A stretch of DNA of 64,000 nt from Flavobacteriales bacterium UBA7690 (GCA_002482775.1 DLGQ01000079.1:29149-93148), one strand, 5' to 3'; positions 47,268-57,300 are shown, counted from the first letter of the stretch. The notes: generated from the sequence alone by a model not told the origin. Numbers and translations: made by a program.

Positions 47268-50200
47268 TTACGGTTGGATCACCAAACGCTCGCTGAAGGT
47301 CTTGTCACCAGCGGTGATGTTGACCAGGTACAGGCCAGCGGCCAGGTCGCCGTTGAGTTCAACAGCTTGGTTCATCGATCCTTCTTGAGCACTGATCGTG
47401 CGTGCGCTTACGCGTTTGCCGGTCATGTCGAAGATGTCCATGTTCACCGTCTCAACCCCGTTGTCAAGGTTGTTGATGGAGATGAACAACTGCTCACCAC
47501 GGTTCGGGTTCGGGTACATCGTGAAGGTGGTTGCTGCGACAGTGCTGAGGGGTGCCACCGTGCTTGCGACGCCTCCGGCGATGGTCACTTGGCATACCGT
47601 TCCCCAAGGCGCGATATCAGCGCAGTTCGTAGCGGCTGAAGTGCTGCTCGAGCCCACACACCATGTGGCACCGCTGTTCAAACTCACGCGAACATCCACG
47701 CTGTATGTCAGGCCAGGTACAAGTGCTGCACCAGCGCTGGAGCTCCAGTTCAAATAACGGGTCGCGCTCACTTGCGGAGGCAATACGATGCAGGTGTTGC
47801 CATTGCGGAAGCGGAACTGGTAACGTACAGAGGTGCTGGCGACAGCAGGAACAGGTTGTGGTGGCTGGGCCTCGATCTTGTTGGCAGTGCTGTTGGCACC
47901 ACCCCAGTTGCGGGTACGATCGCAGGTCAACACACCATCGATACCGACCTCCGTTTGGAGAGCTACCTGAGGACAGGCAGCACGGACAGCGTCGATCTTG
48001 AAGCGGCACGCCTCACCGAAAGGTGAATTGCTGCCAGCCACACGGCCACGGATGCGTACGTTCATCAACACGTTCTCCGGAATGTGCGGGGTGAGCACGC
48101 TGTTCGCCCAACCGTTGATGCGGAAGTGGCATGCGCGTGTTGCACCGGTCCCGGTGCCGTCCGTGTTCGAATGGTTGCGGAAGCGGCGGAAGCTGTAGCT
48201 GCCGTTCGGGTCGAAGATCCAGAATTCGTACCCGCTGGTGTTGTTCGCCACGTTGAACTGTGCACTTACTGCTGCGTTCGGCGTCGCCACCATGAAACGG
48301 TTAGGCAACCAGTCCAGCTTGTCGCAATTCGCAGCGATCAAGCGATCGGTGCCAAGGGGCAGACAGAAGCCCTGTTGGCCACTGATCGCACTGGATGATC
48401 CGCTGGAGAAGTTACCACGGTTGTCGATGATGCGCTTGCCCGTGGATCCCTCCGTAAGGATGTAACCACCAGCGTTGATGCCGTCGCCAGCGCTGTCGAG
48501 CACGCGCAACGCGTAGCATCCGATAGGCAGGCAGCAGGTCTCGTTGATCGTGGTACTAGCTGGATAGTTCCCCGCACCATTGCAGAGCACGGAACCACCA
48601 CCTTCTGGGATGATCTCCCAACTCGTTTGTAAAGGGGCCGCATCGGTGGTGATCGCGATGTTCACGATCTCCGTGCAACCGCCGGTAGGCTGACCCACGC
48701 ATACGCAGTTGGCGTCCAACTGATCGTTGATGGTGCCATTGATACCGTCATTGCAAGCCGTTCCGGGGATGTTGATCGTCAGCACCAAGGTCTCCGTAGC
48801 GCAACCCACCACATTGGTGTACGTGCCGCTCTGGGTGTAGGTGGTCCCGTTCACGTTCCAGGTGAAGCTATCGCAGGCGCTTTCCGTGGTGGTATTGTTA
48901 CCGCCTTGCAGGATGGTCAATACCAAGGTCTCCGTAGCGCAACCCACCACATTGGTGTACGTGCCGCTCTGGGTGTACGTGGTGCCATTCACGCTCCAGG
49001 TGTAGCTGTCGCACTCGCTCACCGTGGTGGTGTTGTTCGTGCTTGGTGTGATGGTCAGTACCAAGGTCTCCGTGCTGCAACCGGTCACACTGGTGTAGGT
49101 TTCGCTCTGGGTGTAGGTGGTACCGTTCACGCTCCATGTGAAGCTATCGCAGGCGCTCTCCGTGGTGGTATTGTTACCGCCCTGCAGGATGGTCAATACC
49201 AAGGTCTCCGTAGCGCAACCCACCACATTGGTGTACGTGCCGCTCTGGGTGTAAGTGGTACCGTTCACGCTCCAGGTGTAGCTGTCGCACTCGCTCACCG
49301 TGGTGGTGTTGTTCGTGCTTGGCGTGATGGTGAGCACCAAGGTCTCCGTTGCGCATCCCACCACGTTGGTGTAGGTTCCGCTCTGGGTGTAGGTGGTTCC
49401 GTTCACGGCCCAGGTGTAGCTGTCGCACTCGCTCACCGTGGTGGTGTTGTTCGTGCTCGGCGTGATCGTGAGCACCAAGGTCTCCGTGCTGCAACCGGTC
49501 ACGCTGGTGTAGGTTCCGCTCTGGGTGTAGGTGGTTCCGTTCACGCTCCAGGTGAAACTATCGCAGGCGCTTTCCGTGGTGGTGTTGTTACCGCTTTGCA
49601 GGATCGTAAGCACAAGGGTCTCCGTTGCGCATCCCACCACATTGGTATAGGTTCCGCTCTGGGTGTAGGTGGTTCCGTTCACGCTCCAGGTGTAGCTGTC
49701 GCACTCGCTCACCGTGGTGGTGTTGTTCGTGCTTGGCGTGATCGTGAGCACCAAGGTCTCTGTGCTGCAACCCGTCACGCTCGTGTAGGTTCCGCTTTGG
49801 GTGTAGGTGGTCCCGTTCACGCTCCAGGTGTAGCTGTCGCAAGCGCTTTCGGTGGTCGTGTTATTCCCGCTTTGCAGGATGGTGAGCACCAAGGTCTCCG
49901 TGGCGCAACCCACCACGGTGGTGTACGTTCCGCTCTGGGTGTAGGTGGTGCCGTTCACGCTCCAGGTGTAGCTGTCGCACTCGCTCACCGTGGTGGTGTT
50001 GTTCGTGCTTGGCGTGATGGTGAGCACCAAGGTCTCCGTGGCGCAACCCGTTACACTGGTGTAGGTTCCACTTTGGGTGTAAGTGGTACCGTTCACCGAC
50101 CATGTGTAGGTGTCACAGGCACTGATCGTCGTGGTATTATTGGTAGTGCTGTTCACCACCACGTTCACCGTAGCCGTGGCATCTGGAGCGCAACCATTGC

Positions 50201-51239
50201 TCGCGGTCACCGTGTAGGTGCCCGTGGCGGCTACAGTGGCGTTGGCGATGCTCGGGTTCTGCTCGCTGCTGCTGAAGTTGTTCGGACCGCTCCAGCTGTA
50301 GGCGATCGTAGCATCACCGGTAGCAAGGGCGTTCAGTTGAAGTGTGTTTCCAGCGCAGATCGGACCATTGCTGGTGAAGCTGCTGAACACAGGTGCGTTG
50401 CATGCAGCACTGGGGTAGGTGAGGAAAGGGCTCACCACTTCGCCGGCGCCGGCATTGGTGTGTACATAGGTCTCCAGGTTGTTATCCGGATCGCCAAGTG
50501 CGATGTTCAGCTGGAAGGAGAATTCACCATCCGTGGTGAACTGACCGATCAACAACACGTTGGATCCCGTTGGGTCTATGCCCGTCTGGTTCGGCAGGGT
50601 GGCCCATGCGTCGTCGATGAGCAGCAGGGTGCTGCCGTCCGCGTTCAACGCGGACAACTCGATGTTACCACCGATGTTGTACGTGAGCGAAGGTGCCGTA
50701 CCAGGGATGCTGCCGTCGTTCCCCGTGAAACCAGGGAAAACACCGCATGTGGTGAGGTCGCCATCGGTGTCGAGGTTGCGACGGATGCCGAGCTGTGCCG
50801 CTGCACTGCCGCATCCGACCGCACCGCCAGCAATACCCGTTGAACCTACGGTGATGTAAGTATCGAACGCGGTTCCCTCATCGATACGACGTGTTTGCCC
50901 AGGCACTTCGCCGCCGAAATTGTCGTCGTTCCAGAACGTGGTGGTGGTGGTGATCGAGAGCGGGTTCGGCGATACCGTTCCGCCCAGTGGAATGCCACTT
51001 CCGAACACCGAAGCAAGCTTGTATCCGGGAGCCATGTCCACATACACACGGTAAACTTTGGAACCGGGCGCGATGGCGTACGAGCTTCCCGCGATATCAT
51101 CATTGATCACATCGGCATCGGCTTGTGTCACCGTGTGGAATTCCTCCACGATGATGCCTTCCAGGCCTTGCGCTTGGGCCACCGTGGCGCCCCAGAGCAA
51201 GGCACTACAGGCCAGGAGTTGTTTGAATGTCTTTTTCAT
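47268..51239 (-). CDS. Large T9SS type-A cargo protein (1323 aa): shared N-terminal domain, Ig-like region, ten 46-aa Cys-containing tandem repeats and a C-terminal sorting domain
   Basis: The ATG at 51239 gives MKKTFKQLLACSALLWGATVAQAQ. The C-terminus reads FTMYPNPNRGEQLFI...AAGLYLVNITAGDKTFSERLVIQP. Confidence 0.85.
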   Translation of the reverse strand: MKKTFKQLLACSALLWGATVAQAQGLEGIIVEEFHTVTQADADVINDDIAGSSYAIAPGSKVYRVYVDMAPGYKLASVFGSGIPLGGTVSPNPLSITTTTTFWNDDNFGGEVPGQTRRIDEGTAFDTYITVGSTGIAGGAVGCGSAAAQLGIRRNLDTDGDLTTCGVFPGFTGNDGSIPGTAPSLTYNIGGNIELSALNADGSTLLLIDDAWATLPNQTGIDPTGSNVLLIGQFTTDGEFSFQLNIALGDPDNNLETYVHTNAGAGEVVSPFLTYPSAACNAPVFSSFTSNGPICAGNTLQLNALATGDATIAYSWSGPNNFSSSEQNPSIANATVAATGTYTVTASNGCAPDATATVNVVVNSTTNNTTTISACDTYTWSVNGTTYTQSGTYTSVTGCATETLVLTITPSTNNTTTVSECDSYTWSVNGTTYTQSGTYTTVVGCATETLVLTILQSGNNTTTESACDSYTWSVNGTTYTQSGTYTSVTGCSTETLVLTITPSTNNTTTVSECDSYTWSVNGTTYTQSGTYTNVVGCATETLVLTILQSGNNTTTESACDSFTWSVNGTTYTQSGTYTSVTGCSTETLVLTITPSTNNTTTVSECDSYTWAVNGTTYTQSGTYTNVVGCATETLVLTITPSTNNTTTVSECDSYTWSVNGTTYTQSGTYTNVVGCATETLVLTILQGGNNTTTESACDSFTWSVNGTTYTQSETYTSVTGCSTETLVLTITPSTNNTTTVSECDSYTWSVNGTTYTQSGTYTNVVGCATETLVLTILQGGNNTTTESACDSFTWNVNGTTYTQSGTYTNVVGCATETLVLTINIPGTACNDGINGTINDQLDANCVCVGQPTGGCTEIVNIAITTDAAPLQTSWEIIPEGGGSVLCNGAGNYPASTTINETCCLPIGCYALRVLDSAGDGINAGGYILTEGSTGKRIIDNRGNFSSGSSSAISGQQGFCLPLGTDRLIAANCDKLDWLPNRFMVATPNAAVSAQFNVANNTSGYEFWIFDPNGSYSFRRFRNHSNTDGTGTGATRACHFRINGWANSVLTPHIPENVLMNVRIRGRVAGSNSPFGEACRFKIDAVRAACPQVALQTEVGIDGVLTCDRTRNWGGANSTANKIEAQPPQPVPAVASTSVRYQFRFRNGNTCIVLPPQVSATRYLNWSSSAGAALVPGLTYSVDVRVSLNSGATWCVGSSSTSAATNCADIAPWGTVCQVTIAGGVASTVAPLSTVAATTFTMYPNPNRGEQLFISINNLDNGVETVNMDIFDMTGKRVSARTISAQEGSMNQAVELNGDLAAGLYLVNITAGDKTFSERLVIQP
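48765..50144 (-). repeat. In-frame tandem repeat array of 10 x 138 bp, organised as a 276-bp higher-order unit
   Basis: The units NNTTT(V/E)S(E/A)CDS(Y/F)TWSVNGTTYTQSGTYT.V.GC.TETLVLTI alternate between two subtypes. DNA strings recur at exactly 276-nt spacing; for example, GGATGGTCAATACCAAGG occurs at 48911 and 49187. Confidence 0.9.
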
Positions 51240-51312
51240 GTTGGTTGGTGCTGGTCCTTTGTCCGCACCACGACCGGTCCTCCCGGCCGTGGTGTGGACG
51301 CAGGAGGGTCGC

Positions 51313-52872
51313 TTAGAAGCAGTTGCCGCCGAAGTTGGCGCTGAGCAGGTTGAAGTCCGTGATGTTGATGATGCCGTCGCGGTTGATGTCACCAGCGCAT
51401 CCAGCGCTAGCGCTCACGTCAAGCCCGATCTGGCTGGCAAGGGTCCAGCCAGTGGTCCATGGCTGCGCTCCCGGTTGGAATGCACCGCGGTATTTCGCAC
51501 CCGTGAAGAAGCCGTCCACAGGAGGCGTCAACGTGGTGCTTGCGGTTCCTGCAGGCGGCACAGGGTTCACACGATCGGTCAACACGTTGCCCGGTTGTGT
51601 CATCGTATAGGTCGCGTCGATCAGGCTGTTCGCACCAACGATGAGGTTGCCATCCGTGGTGGTGAATTTGGTGAAGGCAGCACCGCTGCTGACCACCACA
51701 CTGTTGATGCGCAGTGGGTTGGTCACTTCTTGGAAGGTGCAGTTCTTCACGTTGAACTGACCGCCGTTCCAAGAGGTCTCGACAGCCGTGGTCATGTTCA
51801 GACCTTGCGCAGCGCGGGCGAAGATGCTGTTCGCAATGGTGCCCAAGGTGCGCTCTTTCGCTTCAATGGCTTCATCGTTCAGGTTGCGGTTGATGATCGT
51901 GGCGTTGTAGATGATGGGGTTCGAAGAGATACCGCCGTTGCCGATGTTGGTGGCTGCATCATCACCATCGCACTCGAAACCGTTGTCGCCTTGGTTGTTC
52001 GCTCCACCGCTATTGTCCGGACCTTGAACACCGTAGAAGAACTGGACCTTGCCGTTCCAACCCTGGTCGTAGTCGATGTAGTCATCATCGCAATGGTAGG
52101 CCACCAGGTTCTTGCAGCTCACGGTTCCACCGAACCACTCGAACGCATCGTCCAGGTTGGATACCACCTCCACGTGGTCGATCGTGGTCGCACTACCCAC
52201 ACCACCCATGGTGAGGCCGTTGATCTCGTTGTTTGCCCCGATGATCTGGCCACCGTGGCGCAAGCTCACGTAACGTAGCACGCCACTGTTGTCCTCATTC
52301 ATCTCTTGGCCAACGGGCATGCCGTACAGGTGACGTCCATCACCAGCCGCAAGACCTTCGATGGTCCCAACGCCGTTGGTCGCAGTAGCTGTTGGATCGC
52401 CATCTGCGGTGCGTTTGTTGGTGTAGGCACGACCCAACAGGATCAAGCTGCCCCACTGGCCGCGGTTCAGCACGGAGTATGACCCATCCAGCGGATCTGC
52501 TGAAGCGGTGAATATGATAGGACAAGCTTCACTTCCGTTCGCCCAGATCTGGCCACCGCGCGCCACGATGATGGCGTGCGCAGCGCCCGGGTTCGAGTTC
52601 GCTTTTACCACGGTGCCGGGCTCCACGAAGAGGTCCTGGCCATCGTTCACGTACATGCGGGTATCCAGCGTGTACAGGTTGTTGCAGGTCAACGTGGTGT
52701 TCGCGTTGATCAGGTTCTTGGTGGTGGCATCCACCAAAGTGGAGATGTTCACCGGCGTACGGGAGTTCACGGGAGGACAACCGCAGGCAGCCCCGATGGA
52801 CTGTGCGTTCGTACCCGTTGCGGCCATGGCAGCCATGCTGGCGGCCACGATCGACTTGTGTAGGTTTCTCAT
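51313..52872 (-). CDS. Secreted parallel beta-helix-like protein with a dockerin/EF-hand-like C-terminal segment
   Basis: The ATG at 52872 is followed by a signal peptide. Repetitive G/N-rich beta-helix-like core. The C-terminus reads GDINRDGIINITDFNLLSANFGGNCF. No T9SS tail was recognised. Confidence 0.65.
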   Translation of the reverse strand: MRNLHKSIVAASMAAMAATGTNAQSIGAACGCPPVNSRTPVNISTLVDATTKNLINANTTLTCNNLYTLDTRMYVNDGQDLFVEPGTVVKANSNPGAAHAIIVARGGQIWANGSEACPIIFTASADPLDGSYSVLNRGQWGSLILLGRAYTNKRTADGDPTATATNGVGTIEGLAAGDGRHLYGMPVGQEMNEDNSGVLRYVSLRHGGQIIGANNEINGLTMGGVGSATTIDHVEVVSNLDDAFEWFGGTVSCKNLVAYHCDDDYIDYDQGWNGKVQFFYGVQGPDNSGGANNQGDNGFECDGDDAATNIGNGGISSNPIIYNATIINRNLNDEAIEAKERTLGTIANSIFARAAQGLNMTTAVETSWNGGQFNVKNCTFQEVTNPLRINSVVVSSGAAFTKFTTTDGNLIVGANSLIDATYTMTQPGNVLTDRVNPVPPAGTASTTLTPPVDGFFTGAKYRGAFQPGAQPWTTGWTLASQIGLDVSASAGCAGDINRDGIINITDFNLLSANFGGNCF

Positions 52873-53075
52873 GTCTTCGTTCGTTTGGGTTGTGTGATCT
52901 TCCGACCTAGGGGACCGCTTTTTGCGGGTGCTCAAAAGTGTCCCCATGGGTGTCGGCCCTTGGTTAGCCACACTCTAGCATTGCATCAACGATCCCTCAC
53001 CGCACTGTTTCCCGCCCACCGGCGCGGACATGTGGATCTAACACGAGCCACATGGAGTTCGCATGTACCACAGGA

Positions 53076-53783
53076 TCAAGGGGCGAGCTCTCCGCGTAGC
53101 AAAGGCTGTTGCTGCTCTTCGGTGCTCATGGCAGCGTCGGGCGTGCAACGCACCACGGTGCCATCAGGCTTGCGCACTTGCACGTTCAAGGAATAGCTCA
53201 CAATGCCATCCGTGGTGAGCTGTGCGATCAGGATGAGGTTCTCCGGTGTTGCGCCTTTCACACCACCGAGAACGCCCCAGCCGCCATTATCCGTTCGGAT
53301 CAAACCGCCGTACGCCCCATCCACATAGCCCGTTGCAACGTTCATGTTCAAGACCTCGGGAATACGTGGCGCATGAACGAGGCCGTCTTGCGGGCAGCGC
53401 GGTCCGGTACCTATGCATGGAAGCAAACTTCCATCGTCGTCCAAGTGCAAGGGCACCGCTTTATGTTCATCGCTCGCGAAACCGAAGGCAAGGAATGAAT
53501 CAGCCCAACCATTCCCGTTGCGGAGCCACGTTTCTTTCGATCGTTCACCGAACGTTGCTCCGTAGGTGCTGTCATTGTGGAACGCGGTCGTCGAGCTCAA
53601 TGTGAGCACGTGCTCCTTGTCGCCATAGACGGTTTGCAGTACATGATCATCCTCCAGATCGATGAAGAAGCGGTAGGTGGTCATCAGCCCCTCGCCGGGG
53701 ATGCGTTCCACGAAGACACCTTCAACTTGTGCCTGGGTCAGTTGTGCGCACAAGAGAACTGCCAGTGCGAATACCGTACGCAT
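53076..53783 (-). CDS. Short secreted paralog carrying only the shared N-terminal domain of the cluster
   Basis: The ATG at 53783 gives MRTVFALAVLLCAQLTQAQ. It contains YRFFIDL, SSTTAFHND and LILIAQLTTDGIVSYSLNVQV, which are homologous to the three neighbours. Confidence 0.6.
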   Translation of the reverse strand: MRTVFALAVLLCAQLTQAQVEGVFVERIPGEGLMTTYRFFIDLEDDHVLQTVYGDKEHVLTLSSTTAFHNDSTYGATFGERSKETWLRNGNGWADSFLAFGFASDEHKAVPLHLDDDGSLLPCIGTGPRCPQDGLVHAPRIPEVLNMNVATGYVDGAYGGLIRTDNGGWGVLGGVKGATPENLILIAQLTTDGIVSYSLNVQVRKPDGTVVRCTPDAAMSTEEQQQPLLRGELAP

Positions 53784-53790
53784 TCCGCGA

Positions 53791-55173
53791 TCAGTTCCGG
53801 ATGATGCGCATCGTGCGCTGGCCTTCCGTGGAGGCGATGCGCAACAAGTACACTCCCGGTGCGTAGCCCGACAGGTCGATCGTGTGCGTGGATCCTGCAA
53901 CGAGTTCGCCCGTGTTCGTGGTGTTGATCTCTTCGCCAAGCAAGGTCAACAGCGTCAGCGTGGTGGTGGTGTTCGCACCTTCGCCGAAGGTGAGTACGGC
54001 AAGGCCGGTCGTTGGATTCGGCGAAAGACCGACCGATGCGGGTCCCGCAAGTTCGCCGATGCCCGTGGGTATGCCTGCGCAGAGGCAGGATGAGGTCCAG
54101 ACATCGTTCAGGGTTTCTTCGTTCCCATCGTCGCAGGGCGTTCCAGGCAAGGATCCGCCACCTTGAATGCCTTCGCAATCATCTCCGAGGCAATCGCATG
54201 CAGTGGTGTACGTATCGTTCGTCGTGCCACTGTTGCCATCGTCACAGGACGTTCCCGGCAATGCGGTTCCGCCGGTGGTTCCTTCACAATCAACGACAGC
54301 TGCGCTCGAGTTGAAACACAATGTCGGGTGGTTGAACTTGTTCCGCACAGCATACCCGCCCCCCAACGTATCCTCGGGTTCCATGGTGGCGAGGAATTCC
54401 ATGAAGTTGTGGCAGTTCGGATCGTCGCAGATGGAATCTTCCGGGATCTTCACCGTTAGGTTCAGGCAGAACGAGAATTCCCCATCCGTGGTGAACTGAC
54501 CGATCAATACACGATTCTCTGGAGTGGGTCCTGCTTCACCTCCGAGGATGGACCACGCGAAATTGTCGTTGGTATAGGTGTTACTTCCACCGGGATCGAA
54601 GCACGTTGGTGCGTCGCCGAGGAAGACGAGTTGTGGCGGCGGTGTTCCCGTGGAGAACAGTCCATCAGCCTCGGTGAGCGCTGTGCCGGCCCACGCTGCA
54701 TCATTCACGATCAACCCATCGTTATTGTTGATGCCACCAACGATGCTGCCATCGCTGTCCTCGCTCTTCAGAACGCCCCAGTGTTGGTTGGATGCGGCAC
54801 CGAACGTGAGCCACGAATCGATGGCCACGGTATTGTCGTCCAAGTTGTTCGCTGGAATGGATCGTCCCCAGGACTCACCACGATCCTCGTTGTTGAAGAA
54901 CGTGGTACTGGTGCCGATCGACATCGGGAATTCCGGGAAACCACCCACGGTGATCAGTTTGTAGCCTGGGAGCATGTCAGCGTAGACGCGATACACTTTC
55001 GCACCTGCCACGAGTCCTGGGCCACCATCGCTGTTCGCTGCATCGGCTTCGTCGGCCACGTAGTACGGTTCCACGATCAAGCCTTCGAATCCGCTCGGAT
55101 CGGGTGTGGTGAATTGTCCGTGGACGATATCCGTGGAGAGGGCGAGGAGTGCTGCGATAGCTAGGGTTCTCAT
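53791..55173 (-). CDS. T9SS type-A cargo protein, paralog with the shared N-terminal domain and Cys-rich modules
   Basis: YRVYADM, TSTTFFNNED, DSWLTFGAASNQ and LIGQFTTDGEFSFCLNL. There are two GT.CDDGN..T.ND......C.C modules. The C-terminal tail reads LSPNPTTG...GVYLLRIASTEGQRTMRIIRN. Confidence 0.8.
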   Translation of the reverse strand: MRTLAIAALLALSTDIVHGQFTTPDPSGFEGLIVEPYYVADEADAANSDGGPGLVAGAKVYRVYADMLPGYKLITVGGFPEFPMSIGTSTTFFNNEDRGESWGRSIPANNLDDNTVAIDSWLTFGAASNQHWGVLKSEDSDGSIVGGINNNDGLIVNDAAWAGTALTEADGLFSTGTPPPQLVFLGDAPTCFDPGGSNTYTNDNFAWSILGGEAGPTPENRVLIGQFTTDGEFSFCLNLTVKIPEDSICDDPNCHNFMEFLATMEPEDTLGGGYAVRNKFNHPTLCFNSSAAVVDCEGTTGGTALPGTSCDDGNSGTTNDTYTTACDCLGDDCEGIQGGGSLPGTPCDDGNEETLNDVWTSSCLCAGIPTGIGELAGPASVGLSPNPTTGLAVLTFGEGANTTTTLTLLTLLGEEINTTNTGELVAGSTHTIDLSGYAPGVYLLRIASTEGQRTMRIIRN

Positions 55174-55254
55174 GGCGTTCAGATCGGCGGCGAAGCTACC
55201 GGCACCACCTGCCCTTGGATGTAAGGGGATCGTGGTGAAACCATGAAGTAGCCG

Positions 55255-55920
55255 CTAATACGGGACGCTCGCCGCTCGGCGCGTCACCGGTAGTGCGTGG
55301 AGGTTCAGGCGTTCTCCGATGAGCACCATCCAATGCTGTGCGTTGGGTTCCTTGAACGGGGTGATGTCCGGAACGATGAGTTCGATCGCCCGCTCATCGT
55401 GCATCAAGCGTTGAAGGAAGTTGATGATGTGTTCGGCAGTGGGCACGCATTCCAAGACCATCCAAGCACGATCACCGCGGTTGGTGGATACGTGTAGCAA
55501 GTGTTCGCCGATGGGCCGCCCCTCGTGTTCGATGATGATGCCGTTCCCCGTGCGAAGTACCGGCAGCATGTCCAAGCCGAGCCACAGTATCTCCGCGCCA
55601 GCTTCCTTGGCTTGGAAGGCGATGACCGGATAGTCTTGCGCCATCCATGCTTTCATGCCGAACGGGTCGGTGCGGTGTGCTTTGCGCAAGGGCTTGATGG
55701 GAACGAAACCCCAACGCTCCAGATAGGCCGAGAAGGTGCGTTCCGGCAGCTCTGTCCGCGCTACGGAATTGGTGAGCACATGTGCTTTTTCACGTGTCCA
55801 TGGACCGTCATCAGCAGGTAGTGTCGCGCGCATAACGCTCTGGATATGTACTTCCTGCTCCTCGGTGAGGCGACGGCGCGATCGGCGAATGCGCACGGCA
55901 GGGCGTATGATCCGGCTCAT
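55255..55920 (-). mobile_element. IS630-family transposase-like ORF, apparently decayed; no terminal inverted repeats seen
   Basis: It shows the general IS630 layout: LTEEQ...WT..., a second HTH ...YLERWGF.P.KP, then an RNase-H-like region. The position of the usual F.DE reads WLGL, and the C-terminal YSP.LNP.E block is absent. Confidence 0.4.
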
Positions 55921-55972
55921 GTTCGCGGTTCGGACGGAGCTGTGCATGTGGTTCGTGACGCGCTGGTTCCCA

Positions 55973-57295
55973 TCACGGGATGATGATGACCTGGCGAAGC
56001 ATTATCGTTCCCCGGGAAGCGGAAAGGACATGGATGCCGGTTGGCAAGGCCGAAGCATCGATCTCCGTGATCGCGCTCAGAGGCCGTTCGCTCATCAATA
56101 CACGACCCGTGATGTCGGTCACTACGTAGTGGTCCCATTGCTGTGTCGGGGTAGTGAACCGGATGCGCCCGTGCTCGATCGGATTGGGGGCTACAAGGAC
56201 CGATGTCGGATCAGTCGGTCCTTCAACGCTCACGTCCGGGCAGAGCAGGGAGATGTCGAGACCATTGCAATCCCCCGGCCCGTAGCAGCAGAGTTGTTCT
56301 ATGTTGAAGTTCGCCGCAGGGTCGTAGTTGCAGGCGAGCATGTCCAAGCATCCGAAGACGATGGTGGTGGCACACGAGCCGTCATCGCACCCCGCAGCGG
56401 GATCGTATTCGAGGAAGTCCGGGTCCATACAACCGCATTGCTGCGGGTAGGTCAGCAGGCCATTGGCGGTCTCGCCATCCTCCAACAGCGTGTCCGCAGA
56501 CACGTACCGTACCAGTACACCGTTCGCAAGTTCCAATTCGATGTTCAGTGAAAAGGCCAACTCCCCAGTGGTGGTTATCTGCGCTACGAGGACCTCGTTG
56601 GTCCATTGGTTCCCCATGATACCAGGGGTTGAGCAACCCATGCGGAAGTCTTCCGAGACGAACGCGTTCGTGAGCGTGCTGTCCGCGAAAGCCGCGCGTG
56701 GATCTTCACCGGTGACGAGGAAATTGGGGGGCACAGGACCGCTCTCGCTGGTCATCAACCCGTCCTGAACGGTCAACGATATACCCATTTCGGCAGCGGT
56801 GTTGTTCAACAAGCCACCAACGACGGCTGCACTTCCTCCATCGTTGTTCGTGCCACCAAGGATGCTGCCATCCGGGTCGATCTCTTTCCGGATACCCGAC
56901 CGTTGGTTGCTCGCTGCACCGAGGGAGAGCCAACTATCCAAAGCCACTACGCCTTCGTCCAACGCGCTGTTGTTCACCTCGTGTCCGTAGCGCTTGCCAC
57001 GGTCCAAGTGGTTGAAGATCGGCTCTGTGCTGGAGATGTTCAGCGGATGTCCTTCACGACCGTACAACGCACGCAGGCTGCGCCCTTCGGCGAGGTCGAT
57101 GTAGATACGGTAGGTGCGGCTCCCTACTTCCAAGCCACCGCCCACCGTGTCCGTGGCATCGTTGCCATCCGCCACATAGTACGTTTCCACACGCACGTTC
57201 TCGATGTCGTTCTGGGCATGCGATGCGAGAGTGAAGAGCAGCGCTCCACTGCTGGTCATGGTGAACTGCCGTAGGGCGTTGAACAGGGATGACAT
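55973..57295 (-). CDS. T9SS type-A cargo protein, paralog with the shared N-terminal domain
   Basis: VETYYVADGNDA, YRIYIDL, SSTEPIFNH, DSWLSLGAASNQ and LVAQITTTGELAFSLNIEL. Cys-rich linker. The C-terminal tail reads VAPNPIEHG...GIHVLSASRGTIMLRQVIIIP. Confidence 0.8.
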   Translation of the reverse strand: MSSLFNALRQFTMTSSGALLFTLASHAQNDIENVRVETYYVADGNDATDTVGGGLEVGSRTYRIYIDLAEGRSLRALYGREGHPLNISSTEPIFNHLDRGKRYGHEVNNSALDEGVVALDSWLSLGAASNQRSGIRKEIDPDGSILGGTNNDGGSAAVVGGLLNNTAAEMGISLTVQDGLMTSESGPVPPNFLVTGEDPRAAFADSTLTNAFVSEDFRMGCSTPGIMGNQWTNEVLVAQITTTGELAFSLNIELELANGVLVRYVSADTLLEDGETANGLLTYPQQCGCMDPDFLEYDPAAGCDDGSCATTIVFGCLDMLACNYDPAANFNIEQLCCYGPGDCNGLDISLLCPDVSVEGPTDPTSVLVAPNPIEHGRIRFTTPTQQWDHYVVTDITGRVLMSERPLSAITEIDASALPTGIHVLSASRGTIMLRQVIIIP

Positions 57296-57300
57296 GAGCT

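Noticed and set aside
48765-50144. Regularly spaced repeats that might be taken for a CRISPR array
   Set aside because: The repeats are contiguous with no unique spacers, are 138 bp long, stay in frame within a protein gene, and no cas genes are present.
48906-50843. 645-aa plus-strand ORF rich in Gly, Val, Ala and Arg
   Set aside because: It lies antisense to the tandem-repeat region of the large T9SS gene. Its periodicity simply mirrors the 138-bp repeats, and the sense gene has a signal peptide and a sorting domain.
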